This document shows, one piece after another, positions 26,257 to 37,011 of a stretch of 64,000 nt of DNA. The position numbers were made by a program, and so were the translations under genes. Origin of the DNA: a virus; the IMG/VR virus record IMGVR_UViG_3300042567_000108, positions 1 to 64,000 of that record. One strand, written 5' to 3'. The notes under the pieces are model-generated. The model was given only the letters and a program-made list of their open reading frames with translations. It ran no database searches and was not told where the DNA came from. The first letter of the stretch is position 1. Each line of letters opens with the position of its first letter.

Positions 26257-26436
26257 ATGCCAGTACCAGTAGCAGCAGCAGTAATTGCTGGAACTATGGG
26301 CGTAGTAGGTGGACGCTTAGTTAAAAAGCAATATGACACTCACAAAAAATTAGAAAAATTAAACAAGAATACTTCGCGCACTGAAAGTGGTATTAAAGGT
26401 CGCGGTGGAGCAAACGTAAATAAACTTTACAAGTAA
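26257..26436 (+). CDS. Small protein with hydrophobic N-terminus and basic tail
   Basis: Same TAAGGAAA(A)TAAAATG start context as the preceding gene. Confidence 0.6.
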   Translation: MPVPVAAAVIAGTMGVVGGRLVKKQYDTHKKLEKLNKNTSRTESGIKGRGGANVNKLYK

Positions 26437-26461
26437 TTCTTAATCAATCGTTAGGACAATA

Positions 26462-28219
26462 ATGTTAACAATGGACCAGATTGGCGCGAGAGTCCAGACT
26501 CTGCGCTACCGTGCGCATGGTCGTGACCAGCGCAACGGTGACGTACAGATGGTGCGCCAAGGAAAGATTAGTCAGGTATACCCTAACTTCTTTCCAGATG
26601 GTATTGACCAAAACGTAGTTGCTAACTTTATTGATATTGTTGCACGTGACTTGTCAGAAGTTATGGCACCGCTTCCAGCGGTAAACTGTTCTGCTGCCAA
26701 CCAAACTAATGACCGTGCTCGTAAGTTTGCTGACACACGCACACGTATTGCATCTAACTACTTTAATCATTCTGATTTACAAGTACAGATGTACAACGGT
26801 GCAGACATGTACATTACATACGGTTTCCTCCCATTCATTATTGAATTGGATGAAGAAGCAAAGTTGCCACGTATCCGACTAGAAAACCCAGTGGGCGCTT
26901 ACCCAGAGTTTGACCGCTACGGACGTTGCGTTGCCTTTGCTAAAAGATACTCAATGACACTAGGTGAGTTAGTTGCGATGTTCCCAGAACATCAAAGCGC
27001 ACTACTTGGTAGAGATGGGTACAAGCAAGACCTTAACGGCATGATTGAAATGATTCGTTATTACGATAAAGACCAAACAGTTCTTTATTTACCATCACGC
27101 AACAATATGTTATTGTCGCATGCATCTAATCCTATGAAGAAGATGAACGTAATCATTGCACGCCGCCCTTCACCAGATGGTGAATTGCGTGGGCAGTTTG
27201 ATGATGTACTTGGTATTCAGTTACTTCGCAACCGTTTTGCATTACTTGCAATGGAAGCAGCAGAGAAGTCAGTACAAGCACCAATTGTTTTGCCACAGGA
27301 TGTACAAGAACTACAACTTGGTGGAGATGCTGTTATTCGTACAGCAAACCCAGCAGGTGTACGCCGTGTTGAACTTACGCTCCCACAGGGTGCATTTACA
27401 ACACAGCAGGTACTTAACCAAGAACTGCGCGTTGGAGCGCGTTACCCTGAATCTCGTACGGGTAACATTGATGCTTCAATTGTCACTGGACAGGGTGTAC
27501 AGGCTCTACTTGGTGCATTTGATACACAAGTTAAATCAGCACAGGCTATCTTCTCAGCAGCACTGCGTGATGTTATTGCGCTTTGCTTTGAGGTAGATGA
27601 AGCATTATTTAACGAAGAAAAAACAATTCGTGGTATTGATGCTGGTTCACCGTTTGCTTTAACTTATATTCCTTCAAAGGATATTAAAAAAGATTATTCT
27701 GCAGATGTAAGATACGGAATGTTGGCTGGATTGAATCCAGCACAGGGACTTATCTTTATGTTGCAGGCACTTGGAGGGGGACTTATCTCCAAGGACATGG
27801 CTATGCGTGAACTACCATTCGGCGTCAACGTGACTCTTGAACAAGAGAAAATTGAAATTGAAAAGATGCGTGACGCATTGGTTGGTTCATTAGCATCTAT
27901 GGCACAAGCAATTCCTCAAATGGCTATGCAGGGACAAGACCCATCAGCACTAGTACGCCAGATGTCAGAAGTGATTAAGGCACGCAAGGCTGGCAAGTCT
28001 ATTGAAGATGCCATTGAGGAAGTGTTTAAACCTGAGAATCCTCCTGCTGGCGCAGAGGCACAGTCTGAGCAACCTGTCCCCGCTGCTCCTGGTTCCGCTC
28101 CAGCAGGAGGCGCTCCAGTACCACAAGGGCGACCAGACTTACAATCAATTCTTAGCACTATGACTGGCGAAGGTCAGGGACGTAGCGCAGTACGGACAAC
28201 TAGAGAACGAGCAGTCTAA
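26462..28219 (+). CDS. Portal protein
   Basis: 585 aa directly after terminase, helical, podovirus-like size. Confidence 0.8.
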   Translation: MLTMDQIGARVQTLRYRAHGRDQRNGDVQMVRQGKISQVYPNFFPDGIDQNVVANFIDIVARDLSEVMAPLPAVNCSAANQTNDRARKFADTRTRIASNYFNHSDLQVQMYNGADMYITYGFLPFIIELDEEAKLPRIRLENPVGAYPEFDRYGRCVAFAKRYSMTLGELVAMFPEHQSALLGRDGYKQDLNGMIEMIRYYDKDQTVLYLPSRNNMLLSHASNPMKKMNVIIARRPSPDGELRGQFDDVLGIQLLRNRFALLAMEAAEKSVQAPIVLPQDVQELQLGGDAVIRTANPAGVRRVELTLPQGAFTTQQVLNQELRVGARYPESRTGNIDASIVTGQGVQALLGAFDTQVKSAQAIFSAALRDVIALCFEVDEALFNEEKTIRGIDAGSPFALTYIPSKDIKKDYSADVRYGMLAGLNPAQGLIFMLQALGGGLISKDMAMRELPFGVNVTLEQEKIEIEKMRDALVGSLASMAQAIPQMAMQGQDPSALVRQMSEVIKARKAGKSIEDAIEEVFKPENPPAGAEAQSEQPVPAAPGSAPAGGAPVPQGRPDLQSILSTMTGEGQGRSAVRTTRERAV

Positions 28220-28229
28220 GGAGTAAACC

Positions 28230-28460
28230 ATGGCAACACCTCGTAAGAGAAAAGTACAAACAGTTGCTGATGAAAGTTATTCCAAGTTAGACCAATATTG
28301 CATTTGGTTAAATGAATACTACCGCTCTTTAAAGCGTGCTGGTTTCAGCGAAGACATGGCATATTGGTTATTAACAAACAAGGACTCATACCCTGACTGG
28401 GTTAACGGAGTCAAAGTAAAAGACATTATTGAACATATTGAAGATGAGGAGGACGAATAA
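28230..28460 (+). CDS. Hypothetical protein
   Basis: SD AAGGAG; Y-SL-RAGFSE--A motif. Confidence 0.75.
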   Translation: MATPRKRKVQTVADESYSKLDQYCIWLNEYYRSLKRAGFSEDMAYWLLTNKDSYPDWVNGVKVKDIIEHIEDEEDE

Positions 28461-28873
28461 TGCCAAGAGGCGGATACCGTCAGCCTAACAACCCAGCACC
28501 TGTATCAGGTCCTGGTGCACTTTCACAGCGCACAGATGGTGGAGCAACAGAAGGTATGACACAACCACAACAACGATACACAGGATTTAACTACGGTGAA
28601 GGCGGAGAAATTGCTGCGCAACAAAGCAGCGCACCGCTTGCTGGTGCAGGATTTCCTGACTTTAAGTTTACGCCACTAGACGCTCCAACAGAGCGTCCTA
28701 ATCAACCAGTAACTGCTGGTATTGATATTGGAGACGGTGGCGGTTCAGAGTTAATGGCAGGTATGCCTAACTATGCACCAACACTAACTGATACATTAAA
28801 GCGTCTTGCACAGTACGACCCATCAGGCGATGCAGAATTAATCTATAGACAACTACTTGATAACGGGTACTAA
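28460..28873 (+). CDS. Pro/Gly-rich hypothetical virion protein
   Basis: TAATG-coupled; PTERP-QP-TAG. Confidence 0.75.
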   Translation: MPRGGYRQPNNPAPVSGPGALSQRTDGGATEGMTQPQQRYTGFNYGEGGEIAAQQSSAPLAGAGFPDFKFTPLDAPTERPNQPVTAGIDIGDGGGSELMAGMPNYAPTLTDTLKRLAQYDPSGDAELIYRQLLDNGY

Positions 28874-31800
28874 TGCCTCAGTATATCAAACCTGTTGTTG
28901 CTGAAGTTTCACCTAACCTTTATGCTGCTGCTAAATCTGCGGGTTTATCTGGCGTAGAAAAAAACCAAGTAGAACAAATGAGTTACACGATTAAGAAGCA
29001 TCGTGAACTTGCTAAACTTGGCACTGAGGGTGCACGCAAAGAGTTTGACCGTTTAGACCCAGGTATTCAAGACCAATTAAGATTTATGTACAAAGATGCG
29101 GAGTACATGCAGGAAGCACCTGATGCTGCTGACCGCGTTATGGGTGTAGTTAAAGGTGCTGCTAAGATTGCGGCTTCACCGCTTATTGGTTTATTTAAAC
29201 TAGGTGGACAATATAACCGTTTAATTAATGCTCCTTATAAGGTTGCTCGTCAAGTTTCACAGGGTGCAGATTTATTTGCTGCTAAAACTTGGACTGATGC
29301 ATGGGATGGTAAGAACCAGTATGACCAAGGTGCACTAACAGAAGCAACAAACTACTTTGGTAAGTTTGATGTTGAGGTAGCAAAAGGATTACTTGCTGGT
29401 AAGACTCCTGGTGAAATTGTTCAAGATTACGGCAGAGTAGACCCTAACCTACTTAACTCAATTAAAAAAGCCTACGATGACCCTGATGCTTTTAAGCAGG
29501 TTCTAGATGGTGTTAAGTATGCACAGGTTTCACCTGGTCGAGATATTGCTCGTATGCTTGACCGCAAGCCACCTTCAAGTGGTGTTAGCGGAAGCACTAA
29601 AAATATTTCTGGTGTTATTGATTTTATTTATCAGATTGCAGTAGACCCGCTTACTTGGATGACAGGTGGATTAAGCAAGGGTGTTACTAAGGGTGAGCGT
29701 ATTGCTAACTCACTTACTGAAGCAATTAACAACGGCGTTCCAATTGAAAAGGCTGTTGAAACTACATTTAAAAATCCATTAGTATTTGAACTATGGGAAA
29801 AAGGTATTGGTCCTGCAATTAAAAGAGTTGCAGAGGCTAAGAATCCAGGTGACAAATCACTAGCAATTGATAACATTGCTAAAAACTTTCCAGGATACAA
29901 TGACCCTAATGCTATTAAAACACTTAGCGAAGCCAAAGTATTTGATGCTGGCACAGCACAAAAGTTTTTCGAAGATGCTGGCAATTTAAATTTATTGCTT
30001 GCTGGTCGTGTTGATGGTGTAACCTACATGCGTAATGGCGTAGCAGTTGCTCGCACAAATCGTTTGATGTCTGATGCAATTACACGCTCACTTGATAATT
30101 TATTTAACAACATGAGCCGTACAGGTAAGGAACGCGATGAAGCGTTAACACCTATTACAGCAGCATTACTTAATACTGAAGATGCTTTACAGCGTTTAAT
30201 TAATCCTAATGCTGACATGTCTGTTGTGTTAAAGGCTAATGAAGAAATTAAAGGTTGGAAAAGAATTGGGCAGATGGCTGCTCGTTCTCCACAAGGGCTA
30301 GAAGTACGCATTGGTGTTAATGCTGTTGATACTGCTGCTAATTTTACAGCACGTGCACGTCAGATTCTTCCTAAAGAAATGGCTCAAGCATTAACTGTAC
30401 GATTCCTTGAGTCAACTGCTGATGAGCAAATTGTTATTTTGCGTAACTTAGATGCTGCAACCATGTACTCAATGGGTCTTGGTGGTAGCGTTAAGGGTGA
30501 AGATTTAATTATTAAAACACTTCAAGACAAGTATGGTGACAAAGCAGGCTTTGCAACTAAAAGAGACCTAGCAATTAACCCAGACCATGCTAAGTTTGCA
30601 CCAGCAAACTCTGTACGTGAGTCCGAAACTGGATTTTTTGTTAACACAGAAGGTCCAATTCAGCCATACCAGTCAACTTGGGCTGTTGGTCCACTACCTT
30701 ATGACATAATTGGTTCAACTGTATGGGAAATTAAGTCAAAGAAAAATATTGTTAATGCACTTGGTGGTGCAACACAGGGTAATTTCTCAAAAAAATTAGT
30801 TGATGCTTGGTCTATCTTAACTTTGTTCCCACGTTTAGGTGTGCGTTCTGCAATTGATGAAGCAACAATGTATTTGTTGTCTGCACCTAATAAAGATTTG
30901 CGTCATTTTGCATCTCTTGAAGGTTTGCGTTTAGGAAATATGTCTCGTGCCTCTACAGGTTCTAAGTCTGCTACAGGTCCAATTCGTGAAGGCATTCAAA
31001 AGGCTTTAAGTTTTATACCTAAGTCTGATAGACCAATGCGTATTGGCAAACAGCCACGTTATTCACACGAAGAAGCATTAACATTGCTAGACCGTCAGAA
31101 TATTCTTGAGGCTAAGGCTCTTGAGTTGGGTGTTGACCCAGTAATGTTGTCTAGTTTAGAAAAGCGTCAGGCTATTTCTGAACATGTGTCTCAAATGTAT
31201 GGTCGTTACGTTGACCCTGAATCTGCTGGTTATTTAATGCAGGCATTTATTCACTCACCTGATGCCCTAAACTCTATGGCTTCTTCATTAGTTGCTGCTA
31301 GCGGTATTTCTGGTCGCTATGGCGATGAAGTTGCTGCATCAGTTATTACGCCATCTATGCTTGACATGGCTTTTGAGCAACTTGGTATTAAAATGGGCAA
31401 GGGCACACGTACCATTGACACTGGTATGCTGTCAGAACAAGAAGCAGCGCTAGCGCATTTTGAAAAATGGTTTAAGATGCTTGCTGGTAACAAGGCTAAG
31501 TTAACAGATGAACGTACGCTTAACCCAGCAGATATATTTTTTAGATACAATGCACTTAAGCCAGGTGAGATTGACCCTCGCACTGGTAAAGAAATGATGG
31601 AACTAGCATTAGATGCTGGTATGACTAAGGTTGGTTTTGAGTTTAGCGACTTAACTAAGACTTGGGTTATTAAAGATGAGAAGGCTGTTAGAGCGTTTCT
31701 TGAACGCTCCATGTACACAGTACAAGCCCGTGCTAAAGGTTTAGATGATGAACAAATTGTACGTGGTCAGTTGTTCCGCATGTTTAGTGATATGTATGAG

Positions 31801-33981
31801 ACTTTTCATGGCGATGCAAACAAGTTTAATGAGACACTGCTTGGTGTAGTTAAAGACAGTTATCGTCAACTACAAAAGATGGCTACTGATAGTGGTCGTG
31901 TTCCTTCATGGAATGAAGCAGTTGCTCGTATTCCGCTAGATGAGTTCCAAGATGCTAGCAAGGGTTTCCGCATTAGCGGACCCATTAATACTGAATTAGC
32001 ATTTGGTGACTTTGATATTGAGTCTGTATTCAGACGTTACGGTAATACTATGATGGATATGATGGATAAGCAGGTAACTGGTATCTTTCGTCAGCCAGCA
32101 ATCATGGTTACATATGCTCAACTTCGTAAAAAGTATGCAGGCATTGAGCGTGAGTTTGTACGCCAACAAGTAAAGAATGAAATGGGTCCTTTTGCTGGGG
32201 CTACACAAAAGCAGATTGACGCTGTTACTGAAAAGTATAGAGCAATTGCAGAAAAACGATTTACTGAATTAGCAGTGCGTGAGGCAGCAGATACTATCCT
32301 TAAGTTTGCTGATAACCCTAAGATTCGTTCTAACTTTTCATTTAGTCTACGTACTGTAGGTCGTTACTACCGTGCAACTGAAGACTTCTATCGCCGTCTT
32401 TACCGCTTGAAGGATGTTGCACCACGTACGCTATATCGTTTGCGTTTATCTAACGTAGGTCTTGAGGCTAGCGGTGCTGTTTTTGAAGACCAGAATGGCG
32501 AGCCATATGTAGTAATGCCTATGGACAACGTAATCTTTAAGGCAACTGATGGTGCGTTCCGCGCACTAACAGGTAACTTAGGATACAGCCAGCCATTGTT
32601 TAACGAGTTTACATTTAAACTCCGTATGGTTAACCCATCATTCTCACAAGATGCAGGTCTTCCTACACTATCTGGTCCTATTGCAGGACTAGGTGTTATT
32701 GCTGTAAAGAACTTATTGGGTACAGTACCAGGCAAGATTCCATTTGTTGGTGGTCAGATACAGCCATATGCACAGCAGTTAGGTGAGAGCATTGATACAT
32801 TTGCGCTAGGTAGCATCGGCGATAACGTAGATGTTTTCCGTGCTGTAGTACCTGCTTCATTGCAGCGTGTATGGGCAGGACTTGGTATTGATGAAAAGTC
32901 TCGTCAACAGACGACTGCTGCTATGCAAGCGGTTGCTTATAATGCAGCAAATGGCATAGGTATTGACCCTAATGCTAGCGATTTAGAGAAGGCTAAGTAC
33001 CTAGATAACATTCGCATCTCAGCACACAACGTGTTGTTTATGCGTCACTTCTTAGGACTATTCTCACCAGTTGCTCCTACAACTATGGAAACCGTAGGCG
33101 TTCCTGACTATATTAAGGAAACAGGTATTACTAGCCTGCGTTCAGAGTTCTTTGATATTCTTAATGGAATTACTGCTGCTAATCAGGGTGACATTGCAGA
33201 CCCATATGAGGCTGCATTGGCTACATACATTGGCAAAAACCCAGGCAAACTTATCTACACAGTGTCTCGTGAAGACAAGCAGACCAGAGTTCTTATTAAG
33301 AACACAGATAAGTTAAAGGACTGGGGCATTAGAAATGCCAAATTAGTAGAGCAGTATGGCGAAGCAGCCTACATTTTTGCACCGCAAATTGGTGACTTTA
33401 ATGCTGCTACATATAATTGGATTCAATCAGCAGGACTTGTTAAAAGCAAAAGCCTTGAAAAGTATTACAAGGATTTGCAGACAGCAGAAGACAAGCAGAA
33501 GTATTATGACATTGCACGTCAGGAAAAAGAAATCCTAGCGGAAATGTCAGACCCACAACTGCGTGCTAATGTTATTAAAGCGGCAACGCAGCAGCGTGCT
33601 GCACTTAAGGCTAACAATCCATTGCTTAACTCAGCGCTTATTGGTGAGGGTAATACCATTGGTAATGAGCAAGTGCTAATGAATAGCGTAGAGCAAATGA
33701 TTAGCAACCCTGATGTAAAGATTAATGCAGCAACACGTCAGCGTATGGCACTAGCCATCAAAATGATTCGTGAGTTTATTGCGTTCTCTACTGACCCAGA
33801 ACTAAAGAATGTTAACAATGCACCACAGTTAAAGGCTGCACGCAAGGCACAGATTGAGGCTGACTTGAATGAATTAATGCTAGGCGACCTGTATGTAACA
33901 GAAGCAAACCGAGCAATCTTTAGGTCAATTCTTAATTTCTATTCACGTGATTCATACTATGCTTATAAGGAGTTAAAGTAA
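28873..33981 (+). CDS. Large putative internal virion / ejection protein (1702 aa)
   Basis: Size, helical composition, late operon, no tail tube or sheath genes. Confidence 0.55.
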   Translation: MPQYIKPVVAEVSPNLYAAAKSAGLSGVEKNQVEQMSYTIKKHRELAKLGTEGARKEFDRLDPGIQDQLRFMYKDAEYMQEAPDAADRVMGVVKGAAKIAASPLIGLFKLGGQYNRLINAPYKVARQVSQGADLFAAKTWTDAWDGKNQYDQGALTEATNYFGKFDVEVAKGLLAGKTPGEIVQDYGRVDPNLLNSIKKAYDDPDAFKQVLDGVKYAQVSPGRDIARMLDRKPPSSGVSGSTKNISGVIDFIYQIAVDPLTWMTGGLSKGVTKGERIANSLTEAINNGVPIEKAVETTFKNPLVFELWEKGIGPAIKRVAEAKNPGDKSLAIDNIAKNFPGYNDPNAIKTLSEAKVFDAGTAQKFFEDAGNLNLLLAGRVDGVTYMRNGVAVARTNRLMSDAITRSLDNLFNNMSRTGKERDEALTPITAALLNTEDALQRLINPNADMSVVLKANEEIKGWKRIGQMAARSPQGLEVRIGVNAVDTAANFTARARQILPKEMAQALTVRFLESTADEQIVILRNLDAATMYSMGLGGSVKGEDLIIKTLQDKYGDKAGFATKRDLAINPDHAKFAPANSVRESETGFFVNTEGPIQPYQSTWAVGPLPYDIIGSTVWEIKSKKNIVNALGGATQGNFSKKLVDAWSILTLFPRLGVRSAIDEATMYLLSAPNKDLRHFASLEGLRLGNMSRASTGSKSATGPIREGIQKALSFIPKSDRPMRIGKQPRYSHEEALTLLDRQNILEAKALELGVDPVMLSSLEKRQAISEHVSQMYGRYVDPESAGYLMQAFIHSPDALNSMASSLVAASGISGRYGDEVAASVITPSMLDMAFEQLGIKMGKGTRTIDTGMLSEQEAALAHFEKWFKMLAGNKAKLTDERTLNPADIFFRYNALKPGEIDPRTGKEMMELALDAGMTKVGFEFSDLTKTWVIKDEKAVRAFLERSMYTVQARAKGLDDEQIVRGQLFRMFSDMYETFHGDANKFNETLLGVVKDSYRQLQKMATDSGRVPSWNEAVARIPLDEFQDASKGFRISGPINTELAFGDFDIESVFRRYGNTMMDMMDKQVTGIFRQPAIMVTYAQLRKKYAGIEREFVRQQVKNEMGPFAGATQKQIDAVTEKYRAIAEKRFTELAVREAADTILKFADNPKIRSNFSFSLRTVGRYYRATEDFYRRLYRLKDVAPRTLYRLRLSNVGLEASGAVFEDQNGEPYVVMPMDNVIFKATDGAFRALTGNLGYSQPLFNEFTFKLRMVNPSFSQDAGLPTLSGPIAGLGVIAVKNLLGTVPGKIPFVGGQIQPYAQQLGESIDTFALGSIGDNVDVFRAVVPASLQRVWAGLGIDEKSRQQTTAAMQAVAYNAANGIGIDPNASDLEKAKYLDNIRISAHNVLFMRHFLGLFSPVAPTTMETVGVPDYIKETGITSLRSEFFDILNGITAANQGDIADPYEAALATYIGKNPGKLIYTVSREDKQTRVLIKNTDKLKDWGIRNAKLVEQYGEAAYIFAPQIGDFNAATYNWIQSAGLVKSKSLEKYYKDLQTAEDKQKYYDIARQEKEILAEMSDPQLRANVIKAATQQRAALKANNPLLNSALIGEGNTIGNEQVLMNSVEQMISNPDVKINAATRQRMALAIKMIREFIAFSTDPELKNVNNAPQLKAARKAQIEADLNELMLGDLYVTEANRAIFRSILNFYSRDSYYAYKELK

Positions 33982-35585
33982 TGGCTAAGTATTCAGATGA
34001 TGCTAAGTACGTTAGCGCCTATAATAGAGCATTAGCAGCAAGTAATAAGGCTAAAGGTTATCTTGCGGAATTAAACAAGGCTAAGCCTGGTACTCCTAAA
34101 CACACAGAACTTAAGGCTAAGTATGATGCTGCTAAGGCTGCTTTTACGGCAGCAGAAGATGAGCGCATTAAGCGCAAGCAGGAAATTGATACTGCTGCAA
34201 AGAATGAAAAAGCAGATAAGACTGCCGCAAAAGAAAAGACTTCAGCAAAGGCTGACATTCCTCAACTTGAGTTTCAAGTACAGGCTGCTAAAAATGCTGG
34301 TGATAAGGCTGCTCAGGCTGCCGCTGAAGCGGCACTTAAGGCTGCTAAAGATAAGGCTGCTGGTATTAAACCACCTGCTCCAGATAACGAAACCGTTGTC
34401 AAAAAAGATGGGTTAGAAGAAGTAGCAAATAACAAGTTTAAAGACTACACAATTAACAGTGATGGTTCAGTTGTTGGAAAAGGTGGAACTCGTTCGTTTT
34501 TTATTAGCGTAAAAAATGCAGATGGTACATCTACTCTGCAAGAGTATAAAAGCGTAGCCACTGCTCGTGACGCATTTCTTAAAAACTACTCAGCACCAGG
34601 TGCATTAGACAAACTAAAGCAACAGTTGCGTTCTAGAAATTACATTTCTGCATCACAAGCAAAAAGCGATGACTGGATTCGTGGTCTTGATGACATGTTG
34701 GGTGATTACACCCGAGATGCAGTTAGTGCTGTTAAATATGCTGGTGCTAAAGAAGCACCATTAATTGATGCATGGTTTGCTAAGGCAAGTGGTGGTTCAG
34801 GTACAGGAGAAACCAGCAAGGCTGGTACCTGGAAAGATACAGACCTTGACCTAACTACTGTTGGCGATGCATACAGAGAAATCAATGATTACATGATTGA
34901 TGCTGTAGGTAGAGAAGCAACTCAAGAAGAAAAAGCCGCTTACTATGCAGACATTAACAAGCGTGAGAAAGCATCAGCAGTTAAGACGGTTGACGTGCGA
35001 GATGCAACTGGAAAGATTACAAACACTACACGCACAGGCGAGTTTGTTACACAAGAAGAACGCCTTAACGCTAAGAACGCTATTGTTATTAATGCCCTAA
35101 AGGGCACAGATGCAGGTGAACTACTTAAGGCTGCTAAGGGCAGCCAAGTTGCTATTCAGATTGGTGCACTGCAAAAGGCTAGTGCCGAATACGGACAGCC
35201 AATATCTGCTGGCGAAGCACTTAAATATGTCATTGATGGCGGTCCTGAAAAGGATTCAATTAAAAAGCAAACAGAACGTATGCGTCTTAACGCTATGACT
35301 ATGTACGGAAACCTTAAAGACCACATCAGAGATGGTGGAAATGTTAAGGACATTGCAGACCAGTACGCTTTAATTAAGGCTAAGAAACTAGGTATACCTG
35401 TAACAGATGCGTTTAATGATAAAGATGTTAAAGCAGCATTAACTAAAGACGGTGGTCTTATGAGCACCGCAGAGTTCGCAAGACAGATGCAAGCAAACCC
35501 ACTATGGCGTCAGACAGATGAAGCACGAGATATTGCTTCTGACTTTGCTAACACCATACTTAAGTCGTTTGGATTCATGGGCTAA
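33981..35585 (+). CDS. Putative internal virion protein
   Basis: 534 aa, Ala/Lys-rich, coupled. Confidence 0.5.
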   Translation: MAKYSDDAKYVSAYNRALAASNKAKGYLAELNKAKPGTPKHTELKAKYDAAKAAFTAAEDERIKRKQEIDTAAKNEKADKTAAKEKTSAKADIPQLEFQVQAAKNAGDKAAQAAAEAALKAAKDKAAGIKPPAPDNETVVKKDGLEEVANNKFKDYTINSDGSVVGKGGTRSFFISVKNADGTSTLQEYKSVATARDAFLKNYSAPGALDKLKQQLRSRNYISASQAKSDDWIRGLDDMLGDYTRDAVSAVKYAGAKEAPLIDAWFAKASGGSGTGETSKAGTWKDTDLDLTTVGDAYREINDYMIDAVGREATQEEKAAYYADINKREKASAVKTVDVRDATGKITNTTRTGEFVTQEERLNAKNAIVINALKGTDAGELLKAAKGSQVAIQIGALQKASAEYGQPISAGEALKYVIDGGPEKDSIKKQTERMRLNAMTMYGNLKDHIRDGGNVKDIADQYALIKAKKLGIPVTDAFNDKDVKAALTKDGGLMSTAEFARQMQANPLWRQTDEARDIASDFANTILKSFGFMG

Positions 35586-36883
35586 TGGCGCGTAAAGATA
35601 AAGATACAGGTATCGTTAAACCTACTCCAGTAATTGTTGATGAAAGAACAAAGGCTGCGGGTATGCGTGCTGCTGCAGCAAGCGCAGCCACAATGGAAAC
35701 AAAAATTGCTGCTATGTCTCCTGCTGCTCGTGCGGCTGCTGCCGCATCTAAGGCTAGTTGGACTGCAGACCTTGACCCATATACAACGGCTATTGTTCCT
35801 GGTACTGGATTAACTCAAGCACAAATTGACACACGTAAATCTGCTGCTGGTGTATCTGCAAGCATTAACGAATCTTATGGCAGTCTTGGTATTAAGTCTA
35901 CTGTTGACCCGCTTACTGGAAAAATTACTACAAAATCTCCAACAGGTGAAGACCTTGGAAGTCCTAGTCCTATTGAAGAAAAAAAGATTATAGAAGAAAA
36001 AAAGATTGTAGAACCAGAAAAGAAAGAAATTAGCGATGCTACTCGTGATGCGTTTGCTGCTCTTAAAGACTTGTTTGCATCATATGGGCTTGAAAGTTTA
36101 GCAGGTGAAATTTCTGATTACATGGCACAAGGACTTACAGCAGGTGAGGCTTTGATTAAGTTAAAGACTAACCCTAGTGGCGCTTATGCTAAGCGTTTTG
36201 CTGGTAACTTTGCTCGCGTAAAGAATGGTCTTAATGCTATTTCTGAGGCTGCATATATTGGTCTTGAAAACTCATACGCTTCAACACTTAAAGCATATGG
36301 TTTAGGTAACATGGTTAGCCTTAATCGTGACGACAATTACAAAAAGTTTGCTGACTATATTGCAGGAGACATATCTGCCGATGAGTTTAAGGACCGCGTA
36401 GACACAGTTGTTACCCGTGTACAAAATGCAGATGCATCAATTAAGTCAACACTTAAGGCTTTTTATCCTGAGATTACTGATGCTGACCTAATTGGTTACT
36501 TCCTTAATCCAAAGGAAAACTTGCCTAAGTTGCAGGAAAAGGTAACGGCATCTGAAATTGGTGCTGCTGCTACAGGTATGGGTCTTGCTACAAATGTAGG
36601 AACAGCAACTGACCTTGCTAAATACGGTGTAGACCAGAAAGAAGCCCGTGAGGGTTACTCAACTATTGCTGGCATATTGCCAACTGCTACAAAACTTGGT
36701 GATATTTACAATCAGGCTGGCGTTAAATACGCACAGGCTGAGGGTGAAGCCGAAGTATTTAAGGGTAATCAAGATGCAGCAACTAAGCGTAAGCGCTTAG
36801 CCTCTATGGAACGTGCCGCTTTTAGCGGCAGTTCTGGTACAGGACAGTCAAGCCTAACAAGAAGTACACAAGGCTTACTCTAA
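35585..36883 (+). CDS. Putative internal virion protein
   Basis: 432 aa, coupled. Confidence 0.5.
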   Translation: MARKDKDTGIVKPTPVIVDERTKAAGMRAAAASAATMETKIAAMSPAARAAAAASKASWTADLDPYTTAIVPGTGLTQAQIDTRKSAAGVSASINESYGSLGIKSTVDPLTGKITTKSPTGEDLGSPSPIEEKKIIEEKKIVEPEKKEISDATRDAFAALKDLFASYGLESLAGEISDYMAQGLTAGEALIKLKTNPSGAYAKRFAGNFARVKNGLNAISEAAYIGLENSYASTLKAYGLGNMVSLNRDDNYKKFADYIAGDISADEFKDRVDTVVTRVQNADASIKSTLKAFYPEITDADLIGYFLNPKENLPKLQEKVTASEIGAAATGMGLATNVGTATDLAKYGVDQKEAREGYSTIAGILPTATKLGDIYNQAGVKYAQAEGEAEVFKGNQDAATKRKRLASMERAAFSGSSGTGQSSLTRSTQGLL

Positions 36884-36894
36884 AAAATAGAATC

Positions 36895-37001
36895 CAGAGC
36901 GGACCCACCAGCCCCGCCTGCGTATAAGACTGGTAGCAGAAGCCAGACGGTATTCCCCAATGCCGAACCTGTGGTCTGCGATTCAACTAATGAGATGGGA
37001 G
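36895..37001 (+). promoter_or_regulatory. Structured leader of the scaffold/capsid genes
   Basis: H-type pseudoknot plus a hairpin whose TTCCC can pair with SD GGGAG. Confidence 0.5.
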
Positions 37002-37011
37002 AACGGTTGCT

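Noticed and set aside
28873-33981. Tape measure protein or virion RNA polymerase
   Set aside because: No tail tube or chaperone genes nearby and no recognisable polymerase motifs; left as a putative ejection protein
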